A stretch of 64,000 bases of DNA from Candidatus Pelethousia sp. (GTDB taxonomy: Bacteria > Bacillota > Clostridia > Christensenellales > CAG-138), in NCBI GenBank assembly GCA_034928145.1, contig JAYFPE010000004.1:842-64841 (forward strand). The letters run 5' to 3'. The notes under the pieces were generated by a model. That model was given only the letters and a program-made list of their open reading frames with translations, had not been told where the DNA came from and searched no databases. This document shows positions 47,709 to 57,148 of this stretch, piece by piece. The number at the start of each line of letters is the position of its first letter. Within the stretch, counting starts at the first letter, position 1. The position numbers and the translations under genes were made by a program.

Positions 47709-49373
47709 GTGAAAATCATCAGAGGAAAGGCGGCCAGCGCCGGCCTGGCTATTGGAACGCTGCTCTGGCTGGAAAGACGTGAGATTCAAACAGAAAAACG
47801 CGGCGTCATAGACCCGGAGGCGGAGGTGCGGCGCTTTTTTGCCGCGCGCGAAAAGGCCATTGCGGAGCTTATCCAACTGGAGCAGCAGACCAGGGAAAAG
47901 CTTGGAGAGGAAAACGCCCTTTTGTTTGAGATCCACCGCATGATGCTGCTGGATGAAGATTATGAGGACAGCGTATGCGCTATCATCCGCGATGCGCACA
48001 CCGGCGCCGAGCATGCTGTAGAGCAGACGGCCGAGACCTTTGCCGCCGGATTTGCCGCCATGGAGGATGCCTATATGCAGGCGCGGGCGGCCGACGTCCG
48101 GGATGCTTCGCGGGGGCTTCTGGAGCAGCTGGCAGGCGGCGCTGGGGATGAGATCCTTCCGGAGCAGGCCGGAATTTACGCGGCGGCGGATTTTTCCCCC
48201 AGTGAAACGGCGCGCTTTGATCGGGAAAACGTATGGGCCCTGGTTACCGAGGGCGGCGCCGAAACCGGACATGCCGCGATTTTCGCCAGAACCATGGGCT
48301 TGCCCGCTGTGATGGGGCTGGGCGTAGGGCTGAAGGAATGGAACGGAGCGGCCGTGATCGTGGATGGAGATGAAGGACTGGTCATCACCGAGCCGGACGA
48401 GGAGACCCTGCGGCGCTATCATATGCGCAGCGCGGCGCAAAGCGCCGCCAAGCTGCGGTTGGATGCGGTGCGGGGCGTGCCCTCCATCACAAGGGACGGC
48501 CAACGGGTGGAACTCTGCGCAAATATCGGCAGCGTTAGCGACGCGACGACGGCATTGGAAAACGACGCCGAGGGCGTTGGGCTTTTTCGCAGTGAGTTTT
48601 TATATTTGCAGGAAAGCGACTACCCCTCCGAAGAAACACAGTACGCAGCCTATAAGGCGGTTTGCGAGAAGTTTTCACCAAGGCGCGTGATCATCCGCAC
48701 GCTGGATATCGGCGCGGATAAGCAGGCGGCCTATTTCGGCCTGGAAAAAGAGGAAAATCCCGCGCTCGGCTACAGGGCCATCCGTATCTGCCTTGACCGC
48801 ACGGAGGTGTTTAAAACCCAGCTGCGCGCCTTGCTGCGCGCCGGCGCGCACGGGAGGCTTGCCATCATGCTGCCGATGATCACCGCGCCCTGGGAGGCGG
48901 AGGCGGCGCGCGCCCTGCTTGAGGAGGCCAAGCGTGAGCTGCTTGCGGCGGGCAAGGCTCATGCCACCGACGTCGAGCTGGGTATCATGATCGAGACGCC
49001 GGCCGCCGCGATGGTCAGCGACAAGCTTGCCAAGGCGGCGGATTTTTTCAGCGTGGGCACGAACGACCTGACGCAATATTCCCTGGCCATTGACCGGCAG
49101 AACAGCCGGCTCGGCCGCTATCTGGACAAACACCACCTCGGCCTTTTGCGATTGATCCGCCGCGCGGCGGACAGCATCCACAAAGAGGGCAAGTGGATTG
49201 GCGTTTGCGGGGAGCTTGCGGCCGACAAGGGGCTGACCGAACTGTTTTTGGCAATGGGGATCGATGAGCTCTCGATGGCGCCGGCTGCGATCCTGCCCCT
49301 GCGGGCGCACATCCGTTCCCTTGACCTTACAGGCCGCCGCGAGGCGCTTTTAGAGGCGCTGGATTGGGATTAG
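47709..49373 (+). CDS. ptsI: Phosphoenolpyruvate-protein phosphotransferase (Enzyme I)
   Basis: GTG start. It has the GHAAIFARTMGLPAV phospho-His region, FFSVGTNDLTQY and the GVCGELAAD Cys motif. Confidence 0.9.
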   Translation: MKIIRGKAASAGLAIGTLLWLERREIQTEKRGVIDPEAEVRRFFAAREKAIAELIQLEQQTREKLGEENALLFEIHRMMLLDEDYEDSVCAIIRDAHTGAEHAVEQTAETFAAGFAAMEDAYMQARAADVRDASRGLLEQLAGGAGDEILPEQAGIYAAADFSPSETARFDRENVWALVTEGGAETGHAAIFARTMGLPAVMGLGVGLKEWNGAAVIVDGDEGLVITEPDEETLRRYHMRSAAQSAAKLRLDAVRGVPSITRDGQRVELCANIGSVSDATTALENDAEGVGLFRSEFLYLQESDYPSEETQYAAYKAVCEKFSPRRVIIRTLDIGADKQAAYFGLEKEENPALGYRAIRICLDRTEVFKTQLRALLRAGAHGRLAIMLPMITAPWEAEAARALLEEAKRELLAAGKAHATDVELGIMIETPAAAMVSDKLAKAADFFSVGTNDLTQYSLAIDRQNSRLGRYLDKHHLGLLRLIRRAADSIHKEGKWIGVCGELAADKGLTELFLAMGIDELSMAPAAILPLRAHIRSLDLTGRREALLEALDWD

Positions 49374-49856
49374 GGCCGTAGGGGCGCTTATGCGGCGTTC
49401 CGCGAAAGGCGCTTCACCAGGCGGCGAAAACCAGCATGGGAGGCCGTGAGCGCGGCGGCAAAGCTTGCAAATAGCTTCTTGGGTATTCCGACTTGAATTG
49501 CCTGCATACCCTGACGGGTTTGATCTGACTTGGCAAAAAGGTATTTCACTAGCTTTTTTAGGGATACTACAAGAATTCATGAAAAAGAGCCAATAATACG
49601 GCGCTATATAAACCCCGATGTCTTTGCATAATCCTCATCCCTTTACTAATTATGGGAATAAAATAGCACATTTGCTATGGAAAATACCTTTTTATGCGGA
49701 TCATTCCCATTTCCTTGCGGCCGGTTCATTCGTAGCAGTTGGAGGGGGAAGGTCCGGAGAGGGCGATAATCGCAAGTCCGCCCATGATACGCGTTTCATC
49801 GTTTTTTAGATAAATCTACCCAAGATACTTGGGATAAGGCGAAGTCTGATAACTTG

Positions 49857-50468
49857 CTAAATTCCCGTATCGGTCAAACCGATTTTTTGATAAATACGCC
49901 GTATGAATTCCTTATCCACCCTAAAATATTGTGTTTCAAAGTGTATCATTGTAGATTTATTGCTACCGCATAGGTAGCCATGGTACATTTCTCTGCCGTT
50001 TTTCATCAGTATGACGGACACGTTATAAGCGCCGCGGCCTTCGTCATCTACCTTGGCCGAGGTAACGAGCAAATTTATAAGCTCGTTGAGTTCAGCGCCT
50101 TCAATAACGATAGCCTCCGTATCAATACTGGTTTGCTCTTGCGCCCCATTTTCTGACGGTACAATTTGCACCTTCATTGCATCAACGCCTACGATCTGCT
50201 GCATATCAAACGGTTTCCATTCCGATAAATCATGGATTAGCCTACATAGTTCTTCCGATACCATCGTGCCTGGCCCCTCAGTTATTGGGTAGGGGTTGAA
50301 CAAGATACGCTTCCCGTCTGAATGCGTATAAAGGTCTACTTGGTAGGAGTTGGCTGCATCAGCATACTCGATATGCAAACTTGCTCCGGTCAACGGAACG
50401 TATTCTTCGCTATAATCCCATCTACGCGCACTTGCCAAAAGTTCAAATACGGCTAATAGAATCTTCAT
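49857..50468 (-). CDS. Hypothetical protein in an AT-rich islet
   Basis: 203-aa ORF in a segment clearly AT-richer than its surroundings. I counted 24 G+C in the 60 nt at 49861-49920. No family recognised. Confidence 0.5.
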   Translation of the reverse strand: MKILLAVFELLASARRWDYSEEYVPLTGASLHIEYADAANSYQVDLYTHSDGKRILFNPYPITEGPGTMVSEELCRLIHDLSEWKPFDMQQIVGVDAMKVQIVPSENGAQEQTSIDTEAIVIEGAELNELINLLVTSAKVDDEGRGAYNVSVILMKNGREMYHGYLCGSNKSTMIHFETQYFRVDKEFIRRIYQKIGLTDTGI

Positions 50469-50631
50469 CCTTGTGCATATCGATGGGGACTACTTTATAT
50501 CCGGGCAGGGAATAGTAGACACCCATAATATTTCCAGAAGGATACAGGATGCCGTTGTCTAAAATTAAAAACGATCCCGATTCACCATTACCCTGGACCA
50601 CAATGGGGGGAAGGCGTTTGTGCTGGAACAA
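50443..50631 (-). CDS. Small hypothetical ORF (62 aa), possibly a gene fragment
   Basis: Overlaps the start of the 203-aa ORF by 26 nt and begins just after the tRNA terminator. Evidence is weak. Confidence 0.3.
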   Translation of the reverse strand: MFQHKRLPPIVVQGNGESGSFLILDNGILYPSGNIMGVYYSLPGYKVVPIDMHKDEDSISRI

Positions 50632-50654
50632 CGGCGGATATATTGCTCCGCTAT

Positions 50655-50692
50655 GAAAAGATGAAACCCCCGAAAATGCTTATTTTGGGGGG
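50655..50692 (-). terminator. Terminator of tRNA-Arg
   Basis: Minus strand CCCCCAAAAT-AAGC-ATTTTCGGGGG followed by TTTCATCTTTTC. Confidence 0.6.
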
Positions 50693-50697
50693 ATTTC

Positions 50698-50774
50698 TGG
50701 CGTGCCTGACACGATTCGAACGTGCGACCCTCAGAGTCGGAGTCTGATACTCTATCCAGCTGAGCTACAGGCAC
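50698..50774 (-). tRNA. tRNA-Arg (anticodon CCG)
   Basis: The 77-nt cloverleaf folds by hand. Acceptor GUGCCUG/CAGGCAC, D-arm GCUC-AGCUGGAUA-GAGU, anticodon arm UCAGA-CUCCGAC-UCUGA, T-arm GCACG-UUCGAAU-CGUGU, and an encoded CCA. Confidence 0.9.
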
Positions 50775-50780
50775 ATATTT

Positions 50781-50846
50781 GGTTTTGAATCTGCGTAGAC
50801 CCTCAGCGCCGGAGCCTGATACTCCATCCGGCTGCGCTACGGGCAC
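50781..50846 (-). pseudogene. Decayed tRNA-Arg(CCG)-like fragment (5' two-thirds only)
   Basis: GUGCCCGUAGCGCAGCCGGAUGGAGUAUCAGGCUCCGGCGCUGAGGGUC parallels the intact tRNA through the variable loop. It has D-stem and anticodon-stem mismatches, no foldable T-arm and no 3' acceptor strand. Confidence 0.5.
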
Positions 50847-50896
50847 ATTCGTGGGGCGGGTAAAAACCCGGCCGCGAGAGTAATTATAGCACAAGC

Positions 50897-52255
50897 TCAG
50901 CCGTGAAGCAACAGCATTGCTTCGCGAATGTGGGAAACAAAGGTGTAGCTTATGCCGGGCAGACTGGGCAGGGCTTCGCTTTTTGGCAGTACGATGCCAG
51001 AAAAGCCCAGCCGGGCGCATTCCTGCACGCGCTTATCCAAGCGGCTCACAGGGCGTATTTCTCCGGTGAGCGAGATCTCGCCCAGAAGGGCTGTGTGGGC
51101 GGGGAGGGGCAGGTCGGAAAGGGAGGAGGCAATGCACAGGGCGATGGCCAGATCCGCGCTACGCTCGTCGAGGCGCAGGCCGCCAACCACGTTGGTATAC
51201 ACGTCTTTATCATAGAGCTTGAGGCCGGCCTTCTTTTCCAGCACGGCCAAGAGGAGCACAAGGCGATTGGCGTCCATGCCGGCGGCCATGCGGCGGGGAT
51301 TGCTGAAGGCGGAGGGGCTTAAGAGAGCCTGCACCTCGGCCAGGATAGGCCGGGTACCCTCCATGGCGCAGGTTACGGCGCAGCCCGAAGCCTCGGCGCC
51401 GGTGAGGAAGAGGGCGGATGGATCCGCCACCTCGGCCATGCCGGTGGCGCGCATCTCGAACACGCCGATTTCATCCGTGGAACCGAAGCGGTTTTTTACG
51501 GCTCTAAGCAGACGGTAGGCATCGTGCCGCTCGCCTTCGAAATAGAGCACCGTATCTACCATATGCTCCAGGATACGCGGCCCGGCAAGCGAGCCTTCCT
51601 TCGTAACATGGCCCACGATGAAAACGGCGCAGCCCGTTGTTTTAGCGAGGCGGGTCAAAAGGGCCGTGGCCTCGCGCACCTGGCTTACGCTGCCGGTGAC
51701 GCCCGCGCATTCGGGACAATACCTGGGTTGGATGGAGTCGATGATCAGATATCCGGGTTTGAGGCGGGCTGCTTCCGCCTGGATCAGGGAAAGGTCGGTT
51801 TCGGCCAGCAGCAGCATATCGCCGCCCACGCCCAGCCGCTCCGCGCGCAGCTTGAGTTGGGCCGCGCTCTCCTCGCCCGTAATATAAAGCACGGGCGCAC
51901 GCAGGGCCAAGCTGGCCGCGGCCTGCATGAGCAGGGTGGATTTGCCGATGCCCGGATCGCCGCCCAGGAGGATGGTGGAGCCGGCTACCACGCCGCCCTC
52001 GCCTTCGGCCGAGACCCCTAGCACCCGGTCCAGCTCGCCGATGCCCGTAGAGGTGCGCCGCGCGCCTTCGGCTGCCACTTCCCTTAGGGGCAGGGCATGG
52101 GCCTGGCCCGCAAAGGCCGCCTGGGAGGCGGGGGCCAGGACCTTTTCTTCAACCAAGGTGTTCCAACTGCCGCAGGCGGGGCATCTGCCCAGCCATTTGC
52201 CGCTTTCGTAGCCGCATTCGCCGCAGAGGAAAATGGTTTTTACCTGCTTGGCCAT
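50897..52255 (-). CDS. radA: DNA repair protein RadA/Sms
   Basis: Zinc finger CGECGYESGKWLGRCPACGSWNT, Walker A GGDPGIGKSTLL, the KNRFG motif and a Lon-like C-terminal domain. Confidence 0.9.
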   Translation of the reverse strand: MAKQVKTIFLCGECGYESGKWLGRCPACGSWNTLVEEKVLAPASQAAFAGQAHALPLREVAAEGARRTSTGIGELDRVLGVSAEGEGGVVAGSTILLGGDPGIGKSTLLMQAAASLALRAPVLYITGEESAAQLKLRAERLGVGGDMLLLAETDLSLIQAEAARLKPGYLIIDSIQPRYCPECAGVTGSVSQVREATALLTRLAKTTGCAVFIVGHVTKEGSLAGPRILEHMVDTVLYFEGERHDAYRLLRAVKNRFGSTDEIGVFEMRATGMAEVADPSALFLTGAEASGCAVTCAMEGTRPILAEVQALLSPSAFSNPRRMAAGMDANRLVLLLAVLEKKAGLKLYDKDVYTNVVGGLRLDERSADLAIALCIASSLSDLPLPAHTALLGEISLTGEIRPVSRLDKRVQECARLGFSGIVLPKSEALPSLPGISYTFVSHIREAMLLLHG

Positions 52256-52288
52256 GGCGCGTCCTTTCAAAAATATGATGGCGGCGGA

Positions 52289-53500
52289 TCAGGGGATGGC
52301 GACGAATTTGACGATATCGCGTTCGCGGGTGGTCACATCCATCCAAAATACATAATCATCGCTTACGCCCAGGAACTGGGCGTATTCATAGTCGTGGGTC
52401 AGGCGGTAAATACCCTTGGTTTCAAACATATACAGATAGATGGATTCGCCCCGGGAATAGGCCACGAAATCCGAACCGATACCGAAATCCACCACCGCGC
52501 TATCCAGCAGCTCGGGCGTTCCTGTGAGACCCCGCACGGCGTAAAGCTGGGTGGCGTTGCTGTGCACATCCGAGAGCCAAGCCGTATACGGCCCGATGCT
52601 CTTGGGGTCATGCACAAAGGTGCCGGGGGTGTAGCTGCTGATGATAGAGGAGCTCAGGTCGATATAGTTGATGCTCGAAAGATCCGATTCGCCCTCCGCT
52701 GTGGCGGAATCCGCCCAAAGGAGCCTTCCCTTGTAGAAGCTGGGCTTGCTCTGGCCGTATACCGTGCCGGGGAACATTTCGACCACGGTGCTTTCCATGG
52801 TAGTCAGGTCGCAAACGAAGAGCTTTTCCCGTTTCGAGCCCGTACGGTCCATAAAGGCCACGTTATTGCCATCGAGCATAGGCTCGGGCTGGCCTGTATA
52901 GATATCCTTGATTTTTGTGGGTTTAAGGGGGCTGGCCGTTAGGTCTACAGCCATTAGCGCGCCGCCGCCGTCCATCTTGGCGTCCAGGTATACCAGCCAC
53001 TTATCGTTGAATTTGGGGAACATGAAGTGGACGTTTCCAGGGGATAGGGACAGGGGTTCCGAGGTGCGGGCCGCCGGGTCAAACCAGCACATCTGCTGCA
53101 TGTGGACCCGGTTGTTATCCGCCTGGATGGCCTTGCCCGCGCAAATGATCATTTTGCCATTATATACGAACGGATCGGCAAGCCATTTATATTCGGCGGG
53201 GAGATCCAGCAGGACCTCTTGCGTATGTTCTGTGGCGTTGAAATAGGTAATGGGATGTGGCGTGGGGGTGGGGTGAGGGGTAGGCGCGGGGGTGGCCTCG
53301 GGCAGGAAGGGCGGTTTGTAGTCGAACTCGAACCATTCCGCCGCCTTGGGCAGCGCGAAAAAGAGCACCAGCGCGGCAATGGAGAGAATGAGCAGAATGG
53401 CCCCGCCGATGAGCAGGAAAGGCCACCAATTGCTTTGTTTAATGCTGTTGCGGCGGCGGCGGATTTTGCGCCCACGCCGGCCAAAACGCTGTCGTTTCAT
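52289..53500 (-). CDS. Single-pass membrane protein with Pro/Thr linker and beta-propeller-like ectodomain
   Basis: Basic N-terminus, one TM helix and a PTPHPTPTPHP linker. The ectodomain has repeated hydrophobic beta-strand blocks reminiscent of TolB/DPP-IV-type propellers. The gene is co-directional with radA and 33 nt upstream of it. Confidence 0.55.
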   Translation of the reverse strand: MKRQRFGRRGRKIRRRRNSIKQSNWWPFLLIGGAILLILSIAALVLFFALPKAAEWFEFDYKPPFLPEATPAPTPHPTPTPHPITYFNATEHTQEVLLDLPAEYKWLADPFVYNGKMIICAGKAIQADNNRVHMQQMCWFDPAARTSEPLSLSPGNVHFMFPKFNDKWLVYLDAKMDGGGALMAVDLTASPLKPTKIKDIYTGQPEPMLDGNNVAFMDRTGSKREKLFVCDLTTMESTVVEMFPGTVYGQSKPSFYKGRLLWADSATAEGESDLSSINYIDLSSSIISSYTPGTFVHDPKSIGPYTAWLSDVHSNATQLYAVRGLTGTPELLDSAVVDFGIGSDFVAYSRGESIYLYMFETKGIYRLTHDYEYAQFLGVSDDYVFWMDVTTRERDIVKFVAIP

Positions 53501-53632
53501 GTCGATACCTCGCATAAGACCGCCTTTATTATAGCATACGGCGCTATACCCAGCAATGCACAGCCACTTTTTTTACAAAATACCCAGGGCCGGGCCACTC
53601 GCAATAGTAATAAACAAAAAGTTACGCAATAC

Positions 53633-53661
53633 TTGACTTTCGTGCGCAAAGGTGGTTTAAT
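53633..53661 (+). promoter_or_regulatory. Sigma-A type promoter of the XRE-cupin/pot genes
   Basis: TTGACT-17 nt-TTTAAT. Confidence 0.5.
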
Positions 53662-53672
53662 CTTCTATGTGT

Positions 53673-53694
53673 GTTTAGGGTTTCTAAACTTTAG
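53673..53694. promoter_or_regulatory. Overlapping palindromes, candidate operator
   Basis: GTTTAG-GGTTT-CTAAAC overlaps CTAAA-C-TTTAG, just downstream of the -10 box. Confidence 0.4.
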
Positions 53695-53741
53695 GTTTAT
53701 ATTTATGCCAGCGGCGAATAGCCGCAAAAAGAGGGAAAGCT

Positions 53742-54284
53742 ATGATAGACATTGGCGATAAAATCAAGCGGCAGCGGCTCAAGCTGGGCCTTACCCAAGA
53801 AGAGCTGGCGGCGCGCACGGAGTTATCCAAGGGCTTTATCTCCCAGCTTGAGCGCAACCTGACTTCGCCCAGCATCGCTACGCTTATGGATATACTCGAG
53901 ACGCTGGGCACGGATATCTCCGCCTTCTTTTTAGAGGCCGCCCCGCAGAAGGTGGTTTTCGCGGCCGAGGATATGTTTGTCAAGGAGGATGCGGAAAAGG
54001 GTTATACCATCGAGTGGCTGGTGCCCAACGCCCAGAAAAACCAGCTGGAGCCCATTCTGGTAACGCTGGCCCCCGGCGGGGAAACGGCAGCCCAGGATCC
54101 GCATGAGGGCGAGGAATTCGGCTATGTGCTCGCGGGCAGCGTGTATATCTTCCTCGGCGAAAAGAAGCACCGCGTACGGCGGGGTGAAAGCTTCTGCTTC
54201 CAGCCTGCGAGCCTGCATTTTATCAAAAACATAGGCCGCAGCGAGGCCAGGTTTTTGTGGGTGGCCACGCCGCCTTCCTTCTAA
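53742..54284 (+). CDS. XRE-family HTH regulator with C-terminal cupin domain (PuuR-like)
   Basis: HTH region [32 protein letters not shown] and cupin motifs ([12 protein letters not shown], ...FQPASLHF). Confidence 0.8.
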   Translation: MIDIGDKIKRQRLKLGLTQEELAARTELSKGFISQLERNLTSPSIATLMDILETLGTDISAFFLEAAPQKVVFAAEDMFVKEDAEKGYTIEWLVPNAQKNQLEPILVTLAPGGETAAQDPHEGEEFGYVLAGSVYIFLGEKKHRVRRGESFCFQPASLHFIKNIGRSEARFLWVATPPSF

Positions 54285-54307
54285 AACTAGAGAACGAGGA
54301 TTGGACG

Positions 54308-55438
54308 ATGAGCAAGCATTTGATCGACCTTAAGCAGCTGCGCAAGGAATACGATGGCGTGGATGTGCTGAAAAATATCGATTTATATATCCGCGATGGG
54401 GAATTCCTTACCCTGCTCGGGCCTTCGGGCTGCGGCAAAACCACCATGCTGCGACTGATCGCGGGCTTCGCCCTGCCCTCAAGCGGCCAGGTCATCATGG
54501 ATGGCAAGGAGCTCACCCATGTGCCCCCCTACAAGCGGCGGGTGAATACGGTCTTCCAGAAATACGCCCTCTTTCCCCATTTAAATGTTTACGACAACAT
54601 AGCGTTTGGCCTGAAGATCCAAAAGCTGCCCAAGGCCGAGATCGAAACCCGGGTCAACGAAATGCTGGAGCTGGTCAACCTGGTGGGCTACGGCAAGCGC
54701 TGGGTGGATCAGCTTTCGGGGGGCCAGCAGCAGCGGGTTGCCAGTGCCCGTGCGCTGGTGAACCGGCCGCAGGTGCTGCTTTTGGATGAGCCCCTGGGCG
54801 CGCTGGATCTCAAGCTGCGCAAGGGCATGCAGCTCGAGCTCAAGCGCATGCAGCAAAAGCTGGGCATTACCTTTATTTATGTAACGCACGACCAGGAAGA
54901 AGCCCTCACCATGAGCGATACCATCGTGGTGATGAACGAGGGTGTAATCCAGCAGATCGGCACGCCTGCGGATATTTATAACGAGCCCAAGAATATTTTC
55001 GTAGCCAAGTTCATCGGTGAGAGCAACATCCTGCCCGGCGTGATGGTAGAGGATTACCTCGTGCGTTTCCATAGCCGTGAATACCAGTGCGTAGACGCGG
55101 GCTTTGCCCAAAACGCTCAAGTGGACGTAGTGGTGCGGCCCGAGGATATTGACCTGTACCCCATCGAAGAGGGCCGTGCAGGCCTTACGGGCGTGGTCAA
55201 GAGCGTGTTGTTTATGGGCGTGCATTATGAATTCCGGGTGGATACGGACGGCTTCATATGGACGGTTCATTCCACGGATTATATCGCCCCGGAGAGCCGC
55301 GTGAGCATGACCATCGTGCCGGACGCCATCCATATCATGCACAAAAGCCTTACCCCGGACGAGCAGGAGGCCCCCACCGCGGATGAGCGCTTTGAAGCCG
55401 CCATCGCGGAAGAGTTGGCGGAGGAGGAAGCGGAATGA
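54308..55438 (+). CDS. potA: Spermidine/putrescine ABC transporter ATP-binding protein
   Basis: Walker [20 protein letters not shown] and [11 protein letters not shown], plus a PotA-type C-terminal TOBE-like domain. It is followed by potBCD. Confidence 0.85.
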   Translation: MSKHLIDLKQLRKEYDGVDVLKNIDLYIRDGEFLTLLGPSGCGKTTMLRLIAGFALPSSGQVIMDGKELTHVPPYKRRVNTVFQKYALFPHLNVYDNIAFGLKIQKLPKAEIETRVNEMLELVNLVGYGKRWVDQLSGGQQQRVASARALVNRPQVLLLDEPLGALDLKLRKGMQLELKRMQQKLGITFIYVTHDQEEALTMSDTIVVMNEGVIQQIGTPADIYNEPKNIFVAKFIGESNILPGVMVEDYLVRFHSREYQCVDAGFAQNAQVDVVVRPEDIDLYPIEEGRAGLTGVVKSVLFMGVHYEFRVDTDGFIWTVHSTDYIAPESRVSMTIVPDAIHIMHKSLTPDEQEAPTADERFEAAIAEELAEEEAE

Positions 55439-56262
55439 AGCGAACCGTGTTTTCCTACCCTTACATCGTGTGGATGCTGATCTTCATCCTGGCGCCCATG
55501 CTGTTGATCATCTGGTATGCCTTCACCAAGAATGGGGCCTTTACGCTTACGAACCTTGGGGCCACGCTGCGCGATCCCATCTATATGCAGGTGCTGGCCC
55601 GCTCGGTGTGGATCGCCTTTGAGGCCACCCTTATCTGCCTGTTGCTGGGGTACCCCATCGCCTGGATGCTTTCCACCATGAAAAAGAGCACCGCTGCCAT
55701 CCTTTATGTGCTTTTCGTGGTGCCCATGTGGATGAACTTCCTGCTGCGCACCTATGCCTGGCAGGCCCTATTGGATAGCGCCGGCATCCTCAATTCCATC
55801 CTTGCATTTTTCGGCCTGCCGCCGCAGAACCTGCTATATACGGAGGAGGCCATCATGCTGGGCACGGTGTATAACTTTCTGCCCTTCATGGTGCTGCCCA
55901 TCTACTCCGTGCTGGTCAAGCTGGATAAATCCCTGGTGGAGGCGGCCTATGATTTGGGCGCGAACGGAGTGACCACCTTTTTCAAGGTGATTCTGCCCCA
56001 GTCCATCCCCGGCGTAATCAGCGGCGTCACCATGGTGTTCATCCCCGCCATCACCGCCTTTGCCATCTCCAGGCTTTTGGGCGGCAGCAAATTCATGCTT
56101 TATGGCGATTTGATCGAGAACCAGTTCATCACTTTGGGCCGGGATGCCTGGCCCGTGGGCAGCGCGCTCAGCTTCATATTGCTGGTGCTGGTGCTGATCT
56201 CCATGGCCGTGATGCGGCGGGCCGAGCGCGAGGCCGGCGAGGAAGGGGGTATGCTCTGGTGA
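55435..56262 (+). CDS. potB: Spermidine/putrescine ABC transporter permease
   Basis: 6-TM permease with the EAA loop ([20 protein letters not shown]). 4-nt overlap with potA. Confidence 0.85.
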   Translation: MKRTVFSYPYIVWMLIFILAPMLLIIWYAFTKNGAFTLTNLGATLRDPIYMQVLARSVWIAFEATLICLLLGYPIAWMLSTMKKSTAAILYVLFVVPMWMNFLLRTYAWQALLDSAGILNSILAFFGLPPQNLLYTEEAIMLGTVYNFLPFMVLPIYSVLVKLDKSLVEAAYDLGANGVTTFFKVILPQSIPGVISGVTMVFIPAITAFAISRLLGGSKFMLYGDLIENQFITLGRDAWPVGSALSFILLVLVLISMAVMRRAEREAGEEGGMLW

Positions 56263-57062
56263 AACGGTTAGCCGCCTTTTTCAAGGGCACCTATTTGGGG
56301 CTGATGCTGCTCTTTCTCTATGCGCCCATCATCGTACTAATGGTGTTCTCCTTTAACGAATCCAAAACCATGGGCCATTGGTCCGGTTTCTCCTTCAAGT
56401 GGTATGAGGCCCTGCTTTCGGACGCCACCATCATGGATGCGCTGTGGGTCACCTTGTCCGTGGCCATTATTTCCGCCGTCGCGGCCACGGTCATCGGCAC
56501 CTTTGCGGCCATCGGCATTCACTCCATGAAGAAGCGCCCAAAGGCCGTGGTAGAGAATATTTCCCAGCTGCCCATGGTGAATCCCGATCTGGTGACCGGC
56601 ATCAGCTTTATGATGCTCTTTGCGCTCCTTGGCATCAAGGGTGGGTATACCCGCATGCTGATTGCGCACATTACCTTTAACATCCCCTATGTGATCTTCT
56701 CCGTGCTGCCCAAGCTGCGCCAAAGCTCCAACAACCTTTACGAGGCGGCGATGGACCTGGGCTGCACGCCCTGGATGGCCCTGCGCAAGGTGGTGATCCC
56801 GGATATCATGCCGGGCATCGTTTCGGGCTTCATCCTCTCCTTCACCCTGAGCCTGGATGATTTCGTAGTCAGCTGGTTCGCCACCTCCGGCATCCAGAAC
56901 CTGTCGATCTACATCTACTCCATCGCCCGCCGGGGCATCAGCCCCAAGATCAACGCCCTGAGCACCATTATGTTCGTGGCGGTGATGACCCTGCTGCTCT
57001 TCGTCAACCTGCGCAGCCTCAAGGAGGAGCGCGAAGCGGAGAAGCAAATGAAGCGCCTGTAA
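56259..57062 (+). CDS. potC: Spermidine/putrescine ABC transporter permease
   Basis: 6-TM permease with the EAA loop (EAAMDLGCTPWMALRKVVIP). 4-nt overlap with potB. Confidence 0.85.
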   Translation: MKRLAAFFKGTYLGLMLLFLYAPIIVLMVFSFNESKTMGHWSGFSFKWYEALLSDATIMDALWVTLSVAIISAVAATVIGTFAAIGIHSMKKRPKAVVENISQLPMVNPDLVTGISFMMLFALLGIKGGYTRMLIAHITFNIPYVIFSVLPKLRQSSNNLYEAAMDLGCTPWMALRKVVIPDIMPGIVSGFILSFTLSLDDFVVSWFATSGIQNLSIYIYSIARRGISPKINALSTIMFVAVMTLLLFVNLRSLKEEREAEKQMKRL

Positions 57063-57148
57063 CGCAGCCCGATAGGGCGCGCCGCAGATAGATCAGGCCG
57101 CCGCCCGGCGGGCGGCGCATGTAAAACCAAAAAGGAGGAACCCTGCCC

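Noticed and set aside
49350-49580. 76-aa minus-strand ORF, and a protein-like reading (..GMQAIQVGIPKKLFASFAAALTASHAGFRRLVKRL) in another frame, next to the end of ptsI. This could be a relic of an integrase or transposase.
   Set aside because: The frames are short and interrupted by stops, and I recognise no recombinase motifs. It is mentioned only as possible debris within the AT-rich islet.
50565-51020. 151-aa minus-strand ORF spanning the tRNA region and the end of radA.
   Set aside because: It reads through the tRNA-Arg gene, the tRNA fragment and the 3' end of radA, so it is not a plausible protein.
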